This document shows positions 1-31,853 of a stretch of 64,000 nt of DNA, in pieces. This DNA comes from Octopus vulgaris (Eukaryota). The stretch's first letter is position 1, and each line of letters starts with the position of its first letter. The position numbers and the translations under genes were made by a program. The stretch lies in assembly GCA_951406725.2 (NCBI GenBank), contig OX597824.1, positions 88,226,001 through 88,290,000 of the forward strand. Direction: 5' to 3'. The notes beneath the pieces were generated by a model that saw nothing but the letters and a program-made list of their open reading frames with translations, was not told where the DNA came from and did no database searches.

Positions 1-1348
1 CCTTGTGAGTAGATTTGGTAGACAGAAACTGAAAGAAGCCTGTCGTATATATGTATGTGTGTGCGTGTTTGTGTGTCTGTGTTTGTACCCCTAGCATTGC
101 TTGACAACCGATGCTGGTGTGTTTACGTCCCCCGTCACTTAGCGGTTCGGCAAAAGAGACCGATAGAATAAGTACTGGACTTACAAAGAGTAAGTCCTGG
201 GGTCGATTTGCTCGACTAAAGGCGGTGCTCCAGCATGGCCGCAGTCAAATGACTGAAACAAGTAAAAGAGTAAAGAGACCATCCATTTAAGCCAGTTAAT
301 TGTCTTTGTGTGGGTAATCTACTCAATATAAACAATCATCATCATCATCATCTTCATTTAACATTCCTTTTCCATGCTGGCATGGGTTGGACAGTTTGAC
401 TAAAACTGGTAATCCAGGGAGCTGCGCCAGGTTCCAATCTGATTTGGCAAGGTTTCCTACAGCTGGGTGCCATTCCTAACACCAACCACTCCAAGAGTGT
501 AGTGGGTGCTCTCTATGTGCCACCTACACAGGTGTCAGTTATGAGACTCCAGCATCACATATACAATAAAAATATATATGATTTGATCAATAAGTATCCG
601 GACTGTTGCCATAGTAACAAGGCTAAAGTAATCAGAGTGAAGCCACTTTGCACAGATTGACCTTGAACTCTGCTGTGCATGCATGCTAAGTTTTAATGTT
701 CTACCTCACTTCTGCTGTTTACAGCAGTGCTTGGAAGGAACATGTGTAGTGTGTGATCATTGCATTGACCACAACAGGGATGCCCTTCCTAACCTTGGGC
801 AAGTGTCTTCTACTATAGCCTCGGGCCGACCAAAGCCTTGTGAGTGGATTTGGTAGACGGAAACTGAAAAAACCCCGTCGTATATATCATCATCATCATC
901 ATCATCATCATCGTTTATATGTATGTGCAGGTGGCACGTAAAAAGCACCCACTACACTCATGGAGTGGTTGGCGTTAGGAAGGGCATCCAGCCGTAGAAA
1001 CACTGCCAGATCAGACTGGGCCTGATGAAGCCTTCTGGCTTCACAGACCCCAGTAGAACCATCCAACCCATGCTAGCATGGAAAACGGACGCTAAACGAC
1101 GATGATGATGATGATATATGTATATGTATGTGCATGTTTGTGTGTATGTGTTTGTCCCCCCAACATTGCTTGACAACCGATACTGGTGTGTTTACGTCGC
1201 CGTAACTTAGCGATTCGGCAAAAGAGACCGATAGAATAAGTACTAGGCTTACAAAGAATAAGTCCTGGGGTTGATTTGCTCGACTAAAAGCGGTGCTCCA
1301 GCATGGCCGCAGTCAAATAACTGAAACAAGTAAAAGAATAAAGAGAGA

Positions 1349-1384
<36 letters not shown>

Positions 1385-1555
1385 TCTCTCCTAATTTCCC
1401 TCCTTGTTTTTTCTGTGTCCCTTTCTGTAGAAGAGCGTAGGCTCGAAACGTAAAAGATTTCTTCTATTCCTGAGCGTTATACTAATACATCTGTTTGTTT
1501 TGTACACCACCTGTCTTCGTCTTTTGTTTTTTCGTAAACTCTCCCTACACACACG

Positions 1556-1587
<32 letters not shown>

Positions 1588-1825
1588 CAGATACAGCTTT
1601 GGAGGTATTTAATGATAAAATACAAAGCCTACTAATATAACAAAAAAAAAAATGCACCCCTTCACATCACGATCTGACATCAATATCGGGATTAACAATC
1701 TCTGTTGTATTTTCCTAGATATCACATGCCTTCAACAATGCAAAACTTGTGATGCTGTCAAATGACGGGCTCATGTAAAGACAGAAACTCATTAGGAAAT
1801 GAAACAATTACAAATAACCGCTTAC

Positions 1826-21719
<19,894 letters not shown>

Positions 21720-21804
21720 GTTTCTCGTTCATAAATTGAGACGAAGTAGATGTCCTTTAAAACTGATACAACCTGCAGACATTTTATTGAATGCAGAAAA
21801 GCTG

Positions 21805-21811
21805 TGACGTC
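21805..21811. promoter_or_regulatory. CRE-like site upstream of PPME1
   Basis: TGACGTC about 85 bp upstream of the ATG in a repeat-free stretch with retained CpGs. Confidence 0.35.
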
Positions 21812-23156
21812 GAAACCAACATTTACTGACGGAACACCATAGTTAGCGAATATTTCTACAAGTTAAATACAATAGAGTTGTTCTTATCTACTATAATGCC
21901 AAAAAGAAAATCACTTATTTTTTATAGTAAGTGTTTTTATTCATGCATACAAATTGCAAAAAAAAAAAAATCTTAACATGAAATTACTTCCCCTAGAAAT
22001 GAGAGAGAAAAAAAAAGGTCACATTTCAAAGAACCTCGCGTTTTTCTAGTTTGGGTTTCTTGGGCCCCACTTTGCAAAGAAGTCTTCAAGCTGGCATCAT
22101 ACTTAGGTAAATATATGCTCCCTGTTCGTGGGAAACGGAGAGCTGGAAAACTTATTCACAGCCCGAGATTATAAAAAGTCATAGAATAATTTGAATTTTC
22201 ATTTTTTTTATTTATTATGAAAGCATTTTTCCCGTTAACAAAGAAATAAATATAGAATTTACACAACTACTTAATTTAACATATTGCTTCAGTTTTTATT
22301 TGGCCATTGGACTTTTCTAATTTAGCAATTAGCTTGAAATCTTGGTGTTATGAGCGATCTAAATCAATAAATTTCAAGACAGGGTATGCTGAAGGCTTAA
22401 TAACTCCCAACATTTCAACAAACTCTGCTTAATTCTAACAGCTAAGACATCGGCACGGGGGACAGCTTGTTGCTCTGGCAACGATCACGCTTGTATGGTA
22501 CTCTTGGCGAGCTGGCAGAAACGTTAGCACGCCGGGTGAAATGCTTGGCCGTATTTCGTCTGCAGTTACGTTCTGAGTTCAAATTCCGCCGAGATCGACT
22601 TTGCCTTTCATCCTTTCGGGGTCGATAAATTAAGTACCAGTTACGCACTGGGGTTGATATAGTCGACTTAATACCTATGTCTGTCCTTGTTTGTCCCCTC
22701 TGTGTGTAGCCCCTTGCGGGTAGTAACGAAATAGGTACTCTTAACGAATGGTCTACTTAGTTTAAATGTAGCGGGAAAATGCACTTGAACTTGAAAATAT
22801 TATTAGCTTACAATGCTAAATTTCATTCAGTATTGACAACAACCTATCACGAGTGATATTTTCTCTTGTTTGTTAAAATCCTGGAAATTAATTAAGCATA
22901 AACTTAAGCCCACGAAAAACCAGCCTTGTGTTAAGGGTAGTAATAACTATAGAAGCTAAATTCTTTATACTCAAAAACATTAGAATAAGCGAAGCCACTG
23001 AAATGGGATCATAAATTTTGTATGAAGAATTTAGTTATACCACTGGACATCACAAAACGTACAACATTCAGTCAAGAAATTCATAACTGTATATTTAAGT
23101 TTAACTGAGAATAGTTAAAATGAAATAAACTACAATCTAATCTGCATCTATATATA

Positions 23157-23590
23157 GGAGTGGCTGTGTGGTAAGTAGCTTGCTTACCAACCACATGCTT
23201 CCGGGTTCAGTCCCACTGCGTGGCACCTTGGGCAAGTGTCTTCTACTATAGCCTCAGGCTGACCAAAGCCATGTGAATGGATTTGGTAGATGGAAACCGA
23301 AAGAAGCCCATCGTATATATGTATATATATATGTATATATACGTTGTATATATGTATATATATGTGTGTGTGTATATGTTTGTGTGTCTGTGTTTGTACC
23401 CCCCAACATCACTTGACAACCGATACTGGTGTGTTTACGTCCCCGTAACTTAGTGGTTCGGCAAAAAAGACCGATGGAATAAGTACTAGGCTTACAGAGA
23501 ATAAGCCCTGGGATCAATTTGCTCGACTAAAGGCGGTGCTCCAGCATGGCCACAGTCAAATGACTGAAACAAGTAAAAGAGTAAAAGAAT
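23157..23590 (+). mobile_element. tRNA-derived SINE, family B with internal (TA)n/(TG)n; other copies at about 1-275, 790-1345, 3695-4040, 8218-8600, 14890-15260 (+) and 29889-30285, 34405-34892, 44765-45118, 45878-46255, 56465-56843 (-)
   Basis: Head GGAGTGGCTGTGTGGTAAG...GGGTTCAGTCCC; conserved body; tail GACTGAAACAAGTAAAAGA. Confidence 0.85.
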
Positions 23591-23607
23591 ACACACACAC
23601 ACACATA

Positions 23608-23990
23608 TCTCTCTCTATATAAACGGCAGTTTGTCTGTGCGTTTTCTGTGTGTCTGTTTTCTCGTACCCTCACTCTGACCACGGCTTTCAACCGATTCTG
23701 ATGAAACTTGACACACACATAGCCCAATGTCATAATTCAAAACTAACGCAGCGAAAATTTTGAAAAGTTCCCCCAGTTCTGAAAAAAATCGATAAATTCG
23801 ACATGGAGTCGAGAATCAGAAACCCAAACCACAGACCGTCTAGGGGACGCAACTCCACCTTTTTTAACTCTCAAAAAAATTTACCATCATTTTTTTCCCA
23901 TTTTTTTGCTATTTTTTGGCTATAACTCTCTAAAAATGCTTTATAGTTATTTCCCTTACAAACCTGAGCAACGCCGGGCGATACTGCTAG
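23608..23990 (+). mobile_element. Non-autonomous Helitron
   Basis: A|TC 5' end; 3' hairpin CCTGAGCAACGCCGGG followed by CTAG|T; no TSD. Confidence 0.8.
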
Positions 23991-24939
23991 TATATATATA
24001 TATACATTTCAAGGAAACTAATGACAGCTAATTGGCAACAATTAATCAACAGAATTGAGCATTCACTCTGGCAACACCCTACCACCAGACCCAGTCAAAC
24101 CCTCCAACTCACGCCAGCATGGAAAATGGATGTTAAATTATGATAATAAGAATAGTTGATAGGAAAGTTGAATAAGTTCAGTTGCTGTGATATGCATAGA
24201 ATTTAATATTTTAGGCCTTGCTCTTCTTCTGAGAGACATCATCATCATCATCATCGTTTAACGTCCGCTTACCATGCTAGAATGGGTTGGACGATTTGAC
24301 TGAGGACTGGCGAACCAGAAGGTTGCACCAGGCTCCAATCTGATCTGGCAGAGTTTCTACAGCTGGATGTCCCTAATGCCAACCACTCCGAGAGTGTAGT
24401 GGGTGCTTTTATGTGCCGCCGGCACGAGGGCCAGTCAAGCGGCACTGGCAACAATCTCACTCACGACAGGCTTCTTCCAGTTTCCGTCTACCAAATTCAT
24501 TCACAAGGCTTTGGAAGGCCCGAGGCTATAGTAGAAGACACTTGCCCAAAGTGCCACACAGTGGGACTTGAACCCAGAACCATGTGATTGATAAGCAAGC
24601 TACTTACCACACAGCCACTCCTGTGCCAGAACAGAGAAAAGTGGTGTTGTTATACAGATTGTAGGCAAGCCCATGTGATGATGTCATTTTCTCTCTGTCC
24701 CTGATAAGGCTTGAAACTTAGACTCTACACTTCTCACAGCAAACTGATTTGTCCAGTTGTCCTACATTCTGTTCAGACTACTGTTAAATAAAATTGCGTA
24801 TTTAAATAGGCATTCTTCGCTCTTGTCTGACTTAGATAATCTTATCCTAAGTCATATTGGTTACTACAATCTCTGGTGGCACGTGAAAAACGTGATGGCA
24901 TCTCATATAGTCTATAAATATTGCTACACTTGATTCCTG

Positions 24940-25520
24940 TGAGAGATGATAAGTGGAATGGCTATTGGGAGGTGACTGCAGATTTACCAGGGTGCCAGGG
25001 ATTCTTTTCCATCCCAGTTATGAAAAAACCCAGATATTTTGATGTGGTGTAAAAGAAGGAAAGTTGTAAATCTAGTAGAGTTAACGGTTCCTCATGAAGA
25101 TAACATGGACGGGCTTGAAAGATTGACCGTTATGTAAACCTCCTCGAGGAATATGAAGACGCAGGCTGGAAAGCGGAGCATTTTCCAATCGATGTCGGAT
25201 GTAGAGGGTTTGTTGGACACAGTGTGAGACGACTGTTGTTATCGTTAGGCCTAACTCATCGTAAAGTCAATACCACCATGACCGATATCCAAACTACAGT
25301 GGAGAAAGCCACCCGCTGGATTTGGTTAAAAAGAGACGGTGAGCGATGGCTAGAAGAATATTGAGCTTTATTTGATAACCAGCTGATCTAGCAAGCGGGG
25401 CCTCATATCAGTGAGGGGAGCCGGTGCGCATTGATGCCATCGAGAGGTAGGCCCCGAAACGGTGCGCATTCTCTCCTGATGACCCCATACACTTGCTGGC
25501 TTCTAGTATATGGAGTTTTT
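24940..25520 (+). mobile_element. 3' fragment of an R2-group/HERO-like non-LTR retrotransposon (restriction-like endonuclease domain), frameshifted
   Basis: Translates to PDILMWCKRRKVVNLVELTVPHED...RYVNLLEEYEDAGWKAEHFPIDVGCRGFVGHSVRRLLLSLG...VEKATRWIWLKR, stop at 25362-25364; PD...ELTVP and EVGCRGF-type motifs are typical of HERO elements. Confidence 0.85.
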
Positions 25521-25962
25521 GACTGGTAGCACTTGCATGTGCAAGTTGTTTGCAAGACATGTTTCAGTGCCACTTGAAAGCTGAATGGCCAGTTAAACAC
25601 AGACAAGATCCAAACTCAACTCCTAACATATAAATAAGGCCAACAATCTGATGAGGTCAATGAGTGCAAAATTATGAGCAGCAGAAATAGAAGATTCTGC
25701 AGTCAATTATGACTAAGGTAAAAGGAACTAGGTAGGAAAACAAGAGAAGGAAGGCAAAGATTTCCCAATGTTTGAAAAAGCTGTCTATAACACATATATA
25801 ACATCATAGAAAGGGTCTTGATTGTCAAGTTGACTGAACCATGGAAAGTTATAGGGTGACCACCTATTAAAGGAAGTATTTTTTTAATACAAAAACCTTT
25901 AGAGAGTGCATAACAGGAGTGAGTCAACATTACTCTGAGGGGTTAGTAAACTATACTGAGAT

Positions 25963-26195
25963 AAGGCGGCGAGCTGGCAGAACCGTTATCACGCTGGGCG
26001 AAAATGCCTATCGGTATTTCGTCTGCTGTTACGTTCTGAGTTCAAATTCCGCCGAGGTCAACTTTGTCTTTCATCCTTTCGGGGTCGATAAATAAAGTAC
26101 CAGTTTCGCACTGGGGTCGATGTAATCGACTTAATCCGTTTGTCTGTCATTGTTTGTCCCCTCTATGTTTAGCCCCTTGTTGGTAGTAAAGAAAT
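25963..26195 (+). mobile_element. tRNA-derived SINE, family C; other copies at about 9505-9735, 17805-18037, 22505-22735, 28740-28915, and tandem clusters at 18525-18940, 46400-46930, 51300-51680, 57530-58165
   Basis: Head AAGGCGGCGAGCTGGCAGAA...GAGTTCAAATTCC; core GCCTTTCATCCTTTCGGGGTCGATAAA; tail GTAGTAAAGAAATA. Confidence 0.85.
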
Positions 26196-26689
26196 ATATA
26201 CTGAGATAAAAGGAAGGACCTTCCCCAATTAATTATAAACTAATTAATTGCAGTGGTGCCCCAGCATGGCCGCGGCCTTCGGGCTAAAACATTTTTAAGG
26301 ATTTAAGGATTTAATATAGTTGCTGCTCACAGGATTTTAGGGTTAAAAAATGCAAAAATAAAATAATATTCCTCGATAAGTAGACATTTTCTGGCAACAT
26401 TAATACTACTTTGGTGAAAGTGGAAGCAATAACACTGTTGGAAAAGGAGAAAATTATAGAAATCTCCATCCAAAAGTTGATGAAGTTTAGACTGAATGGA
26501 CGAATAAAAATATAAGCATGCAAGTATCTTTTGACCATCATCATCGTTTAACGTCCGCTTTTCATGCTGGCATGGGTTGGACGGTTTGACTCGGGACTGG
26601 CAAGCCAGTAGGCTGCGCCAGGCTCCAATCTGATCAGGCAGGTTTTCTACAGCTAGGGATGTCCTTCCTAATGCCAACCACTCCGAGAG

Positions 26690-27612
26690 TGTAGTGAGTG
26701 CTTTTTATGTGCCAGCGGCATGGGAGCCAGTTAGGCAGCATTGGCATCAACCACATTCGAAGGTGCTTTTTACGTGCCGCCAGCACAGGAACCAGTTGGG
26801 AGTGGGGGGATTGGCATCAACCATGTTCAGATGGTGCTATTTATGTACCACCGGCACAGGAACCAGTCAGGCGGTACTGGCATTGACCACATTCGGATGG
26901 TGCTTTTTACGTGCCACCGACACAGGGAGCCAGTCAGGCAGCCCTGGCATCAACCCACGCTTGAATGGTGCTTATTACGTGCCACCAGCAAAAATGCCAG
27001 TCAGGCGGTAGTGGCACTGACCACATTTAGATGGTGCTTTTTACATACCACTGGCACAAGGAGCCAGTCAGGTGGCACTGGCATCAACCCACGTTTCAAC
27101 GGTGCTTATTACGTGCCACCAGTATGGGTGCCAGTCAGGTGGCACTGGCATCGACCACATTCGGATGGTGATTTTTATGTGCCACTGACACAGGGAGTCA
27201 GTCAGGCGGAACTGGCATCAACCCACACTTGAATGGCGCTTATTACGTGCCTCCTGCACGGGGCACTGGCATCGACCACATTTCGATGGTGCTTTTTACG
27301 TGTCACCGGCACAAGGAGCCAGTCAGGTGGCACTGGCATTGACCCACGCTTGAATGGTGCTTGTTACACGCCACCAGCACGGGTGCCAGTCAGGTGGCAC
27401 TTGCATCAACCACATTCGGATGGTGCTTTTTATGTGTCACTGGTACAGGGAGCCAGTCAGGTGGCACTGGCATCGACCACATTCGGATGGTGCTTTTTAT
27501 GTGTCACCGACACAAGGAGGCAGTCAGGCAGCACTGGCATCAACCCACGCTTGAATGGTGCTTATTACATTTCACCAGCACGGGGGCCAGTCAGGTGGCA
27601 CTGGCATTAACC
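26690..27612. repeat. Minisatellite of about 14 units of about 67 bp inside a (GAT)n-tailed repeat
   Basis: Unit GGCACTGGCATC(G/A)ACC...ATGGTGCTT(T/A)TTACGTGCCACC...GCCAGTCAGGT. Confidence 0.9.
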
Positions 27613-30600
27613 ACAACTACAATTTCCATTTAAATCTGGTTCGCCAGTCCTCAGTGAAATCATCCAACTCATGCTAGCATTGAAAGCGGACGTTAAACGA
27701 TGATGATGATGATGATGATTTCAATCTTGATTTGCCTTTGATTTTGATTTTTAACCATATCAATGCATACGGGATGAAAGTCTTTGCTATACAGTTGCAT
27801 GAGCTTATGAGTGTGAAGTGCTCAGGGAGTTGTGGGGTCTCTCTCCTTTGCATGATTGTGCTTCTTGTCAATGTCACATAGCCTTTGCCTTTTCAACATA
27901 TCCATTCTTTTCTACACTAGGCATAGAGTATTTTGGGGGAGGGGGGCCACTCGATTAGATTGTCCCCAGTACACAACTGGTGCTTAATTTATTGAACCTC
28001 AAAAGGATGAAAAGTCAACCTCGGCGGAATTTGAACTCAGAACGTAGTGGCAAACAAAATACCGCTAAGTATTTTTCCCAACATGCTAACAATTCTTATA
28101 AAAAAAAATTTTCCTTCTCGAACCATGCCAGGCTCATAAGGGCCAGTTTCCCGGTTTCAGTGGCGTAGAAATTCCCCACCTGGACGGGATGTCGGTCCAT
28201 TGCAGCATTACTCATTTTTGCCAGCTGAGTGGACTGGAGCAACGTGAAATGAAATGTTTTGCTCAAGAACACAACGCATCGCCCAGTCCAGGAATCGAAA
28301 CCACAACCTTACAATCATGATGCTGAACCCTAACCACTAATCCATGTGCCCCCACTTGCTAACGATTCTGCCAGCTCACTACCTTCCATCATATCCATTC
28401 TTATGAAATACATGTCACCAGAATTTTGCTTTCATTTATAATATGATTCAATATCTTTTTTTTTAACTTGCCTTTATACAGGGGTAGTTTTCTTCGGGAT
28501 TATAGTGTCACACACATAACTCATGTCTGATTTGAATGAAATTGACTGGGATTTGATTAGAAAACTTTCAATCTACCCTAATTTGCATTAAATAAGGACT
28601 GTTATTCGTAATCTTATCTTTCCAGGTCATCTTACAGATGACCAGAATTTATGGAAAAGCCCCTGGCCCATACAAAAGCATGGAGTCTACTACTTTCTTA
28701 TAGACATTTAGTTTGGTTTTAGACAATATATATGACAGGGAGGAGAGCTGGCAGAATCGTTAGCACACTGGGCAAAATGCTTAGTGGTACTTCATCCTTT
28801 CGGGGTCGATTAAATAAATACCAATTACGCACTGGGGTCGATGTAATTGACTTAATCTCTTTGTCTGTCCTTGTTTGTCCCCTCTATGTTTAGCCCCCTG
28901 TGAACAATAAAGAAATAGATATATATGACTGTTCCACATGCAATGACAGTTTACCAAGTGTTATTCTGTCTCAAAATCTTGTCATATCGCATGGCATCAC
29001 TGTTTACAGCAGTTCCATCGTAGATGAAAGATTGAGGGGTTTTTAGCAACTGACCAGCAATAAAGTCACTGATTGGTAGATTAGTTGTCTTTTGGCTGCT
29101 AACGAGAAGTATAATCTTTTTACAAAACAAAGCAATTAATAATTAAACTGATCAACTGATATACTGATATACTGCTACAAAGACACAATCATCTGTAAAT
29201 CTGTAAACAATATATTAGAGACGGTTTGCAGTGGCACATAAAAGGGCACCATTCGAGTGTGATCATTACCAGCGTCACCTTACTGGCACTTGTGCCTGTG
29301 CTAGTAGGGTGCCAAGAGCATCACCTGAGCATGATTGTTGCCAGAGCAGCCAACTGGCTTCTGTGCCGATGGCACGTAAAAGGGCACCATTTGAGCGTGA
29401 TCATTACCAATGTTGCCTTACTGTCACCTGTGCCAGTGGCATGTAGAAAAAGACTCGAGTGAGGTCATTGCCAGTACTCTGCCAGATCAAGATTGGAGTC
29501 TGGTGCGGCCATCTGGTTCGCCAGCCCTCAGTCAAAATCGTCCAACCCATGCTAGCATGGAAAGCGGATGTTAAATGATGATGATGATGGTTACCGTCTT
29601 GGTTTTTAGTCCTGCTTTAAGACTATTGGTTAAGAGATCACTACTAAACTGGTAGAAGGTACCCACACTTTTGCCCATGGAACCACGCAGTGGGATTGAT
29701 CCTAGAACCATGTGGTTGGAATGCAAACTTCTTACCACACAGACATAACTGTACCCATATATATATATACTTCTCACTAATTTGTACTACACACTTTGCT
29801 GCTACCAGGCAAAAGCAGTCCCACTTCTCAGCCACGCCCTCATTTATCAGTGACTGGCATCATACTTTCTAATAGAGGTAAGGAATTACTCTTTTACTTG
29901 TTTCAGTCATTTGACTGTGGCCATGCTGGAGCACCACCTTTAATCGAGCAAATCAACTCCAGGGCTTATTCTTTGTAAGCCTAGTACTTATTCTATCGGT
30001 ATCGTTTGCCGGACCACTAAGTTACGGGAACGTAAACACACCAGCATCGGTTGTCAAGCGATGTTAGGAGGACAAACACAGACACACAAACATATACACA
30101 CACATACATATACATACATATATATGACGGGCTTCTTTCAGTTTCCATCTACCAAATCCACTCACAAGGCTTTGGTTGGCTCGAGGCTATAGTAGAAGAC
30201 ACTTGCCCAAGGTGCCATGCAGTGGGACTCAACCTGGAACCATGTGGTTGGTAAGCAAGCTACTTACCACACAGCCACTCCTACGCCTATGAGTAACAGT
30301 TAAATAATAAAATGGCATGTAAAAAACACCATCCAAACGTGGTCAATGCCAGGTCTGCTTGACTGGCTCCCATGCCAATGGCACACAAAAAAGCACCATC
30401 CGAATGTGATCCATACCAAGCCCACTTGACTGGCTTCCATGCTGGTAGCACATAAAAAGCACCCACTACACTCTTGGAGTGGTTGGCATTAGGAAGGGCA
30501 TCCAACTGTAGAAACTCTGCCAGATCAGATTGGAGCCTGGTGCAGCTGCTGGCTTTCTAGACCTCAGTCAAACCGTCCAACCCATTCCAGCATGGAAAAC

Positions 30601-30631
30601 AGACATTAAACGATGATGATGATGATGATGA

Positions 30632-30868
30632 TACAAAGGGGTTCTGAAAAGTTACTGACTTTAAGGGTATTATGAAAGGCCTGGTTGGAGGCCCAACCTT
30701 CCAAATTCTTTTACGGGGCTTAGAAAAACTGAAGGACCCCCTGTAATAAGTGTGTGAATCTAAGAGGGAAATATGTTAAATAAAATCATCAGTAACTGTG
30801 TTTTCTTTTATACAAAGCCAGGAATTTTCTCTTACCCAAAGCCAGGAACTTTTCAACACCCCTTTGTA
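30632..30868. mobile_element. Tc1/mariner-type MITE (second copy at 31390-32004, interrupted by a SINE)
   Basis: TA|CAAAGGGGTTCTGAAAAGTT ... AACTTTTCAACACCCCTTTG|TA. Confidence 0.7.
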
Positions 30869-31465
30869 TGTAGCTAATCTCCAGAAAAGATCTTATCAAC
30901 CTAATCGTTTGCATAAATAAAAACACAGGAGGTCAAGTTAACAGTTTGGTGAATATTTACTGTTCAAGTAAGAATTCATGACTAAAGAAATATATATATA
31001 AAAAAAAAACAGAACTTTTCTATATCCTCAATCATCATCATCATCGTTTAGCGTCTGCTTTCCATGCGAGCATGGGTTGGACGGTTCAACTGGGGTCTGG
31101 GAAGCCAGAAGGCTGCACCAGGCCCAGTCTGATCTGGCAATGTTTCTATGGCTGGATGCCCTTCCTAATGCCAACCACTCCGTGAGTGTAGTGGGTGCTT
31201 TTTACGTGCCACCGGCACGGAGGCCACTTGGGGCGGCGTTTCCCAAGCTGGAGCACTCCTGAATTACAAATACAGTGACTTATAATCTACAGTTATTATC
31301 TACTTATAATAATTGTTATAACTTCTGAAAACCTTGGGTATATTTTCCAAGCCAAAAAGTCATTTGAACCTTAATAAGTACTAACTTTCTACAAGGGGCA
31401 ATTAAAAAGTTACTGGCTTTGGGTAAAATAAAATACAGGAGGATCAGTTAAGATTTAATCAACAT

Positions 31466-31853
31466 GTGGTGGAAGCACTCCGTCGGTTACGACGATGAGG
31501 GTTCCGGTTGATCCGAATCAACGGAACAGCCTGCTCGTGAAATTAACATGTAAGTGGCTGAGCACTCCACAGACACGTGTACCCTTAACGTAGTTCTCGG
31601 GGATATTCAGCGTGACACAGAGAGTGACAAGGCCGTCCCCTTGAAATACAGGTACAACAGAAACAGGAAGTAAGAGTGAGAGAAAGTTGTGGTGAAAGAG
31701 TACAGCAGGGATCACCACCATCCCCTGCCGGAGCCTCGTGGAGCTTTTAGGTGTTTTCGCTCAATAAACACTCACAACGGCCGATCTGGGAATCGAAACC
31801 GCGATCCTATGACCGCGAGTCCGCTGCCCTAACCACTGGGCCATTGCGCCTCC
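31466..31853 (-). mobile_element. tRNA(Arg-like)-derived SINE, family A (tail type 2)
   Basis: Same head with TCG at the anticodon position; 13-bp TSD ATTTAATCAACAT. Confidence 0.85.

Noticed and set aside
1655-1714. Possible PPME1 exon 10 (KIQQRLLIPILMSDRDVK)
   Set aside because: Open in the right phase, but with a weak donor and no recognisable similarity to PME-1
22020-22190. Unique, slightly GC-richer segment upstream of PPME1 (possible ncRNA or divergent first exon, donor-like site at 22107)
   Set aside because: No recognisable RNA family motif and no downstream plus-strand exons identified
26340-26520. Open frame TFSGNINTTLVKVEAITLLEKEK... on the plus strand
   Set aside because: No convincing splice context or homology; compatible with chance
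26690-27612. CRISPR-like regularly spaced repeats, and the 100-160 aa ORFs over them
   Set aside because: The units are contiguous with no unique spacers, there are no cas genes and the context is eukaryotic; the ORFs are translations of the minisatellite
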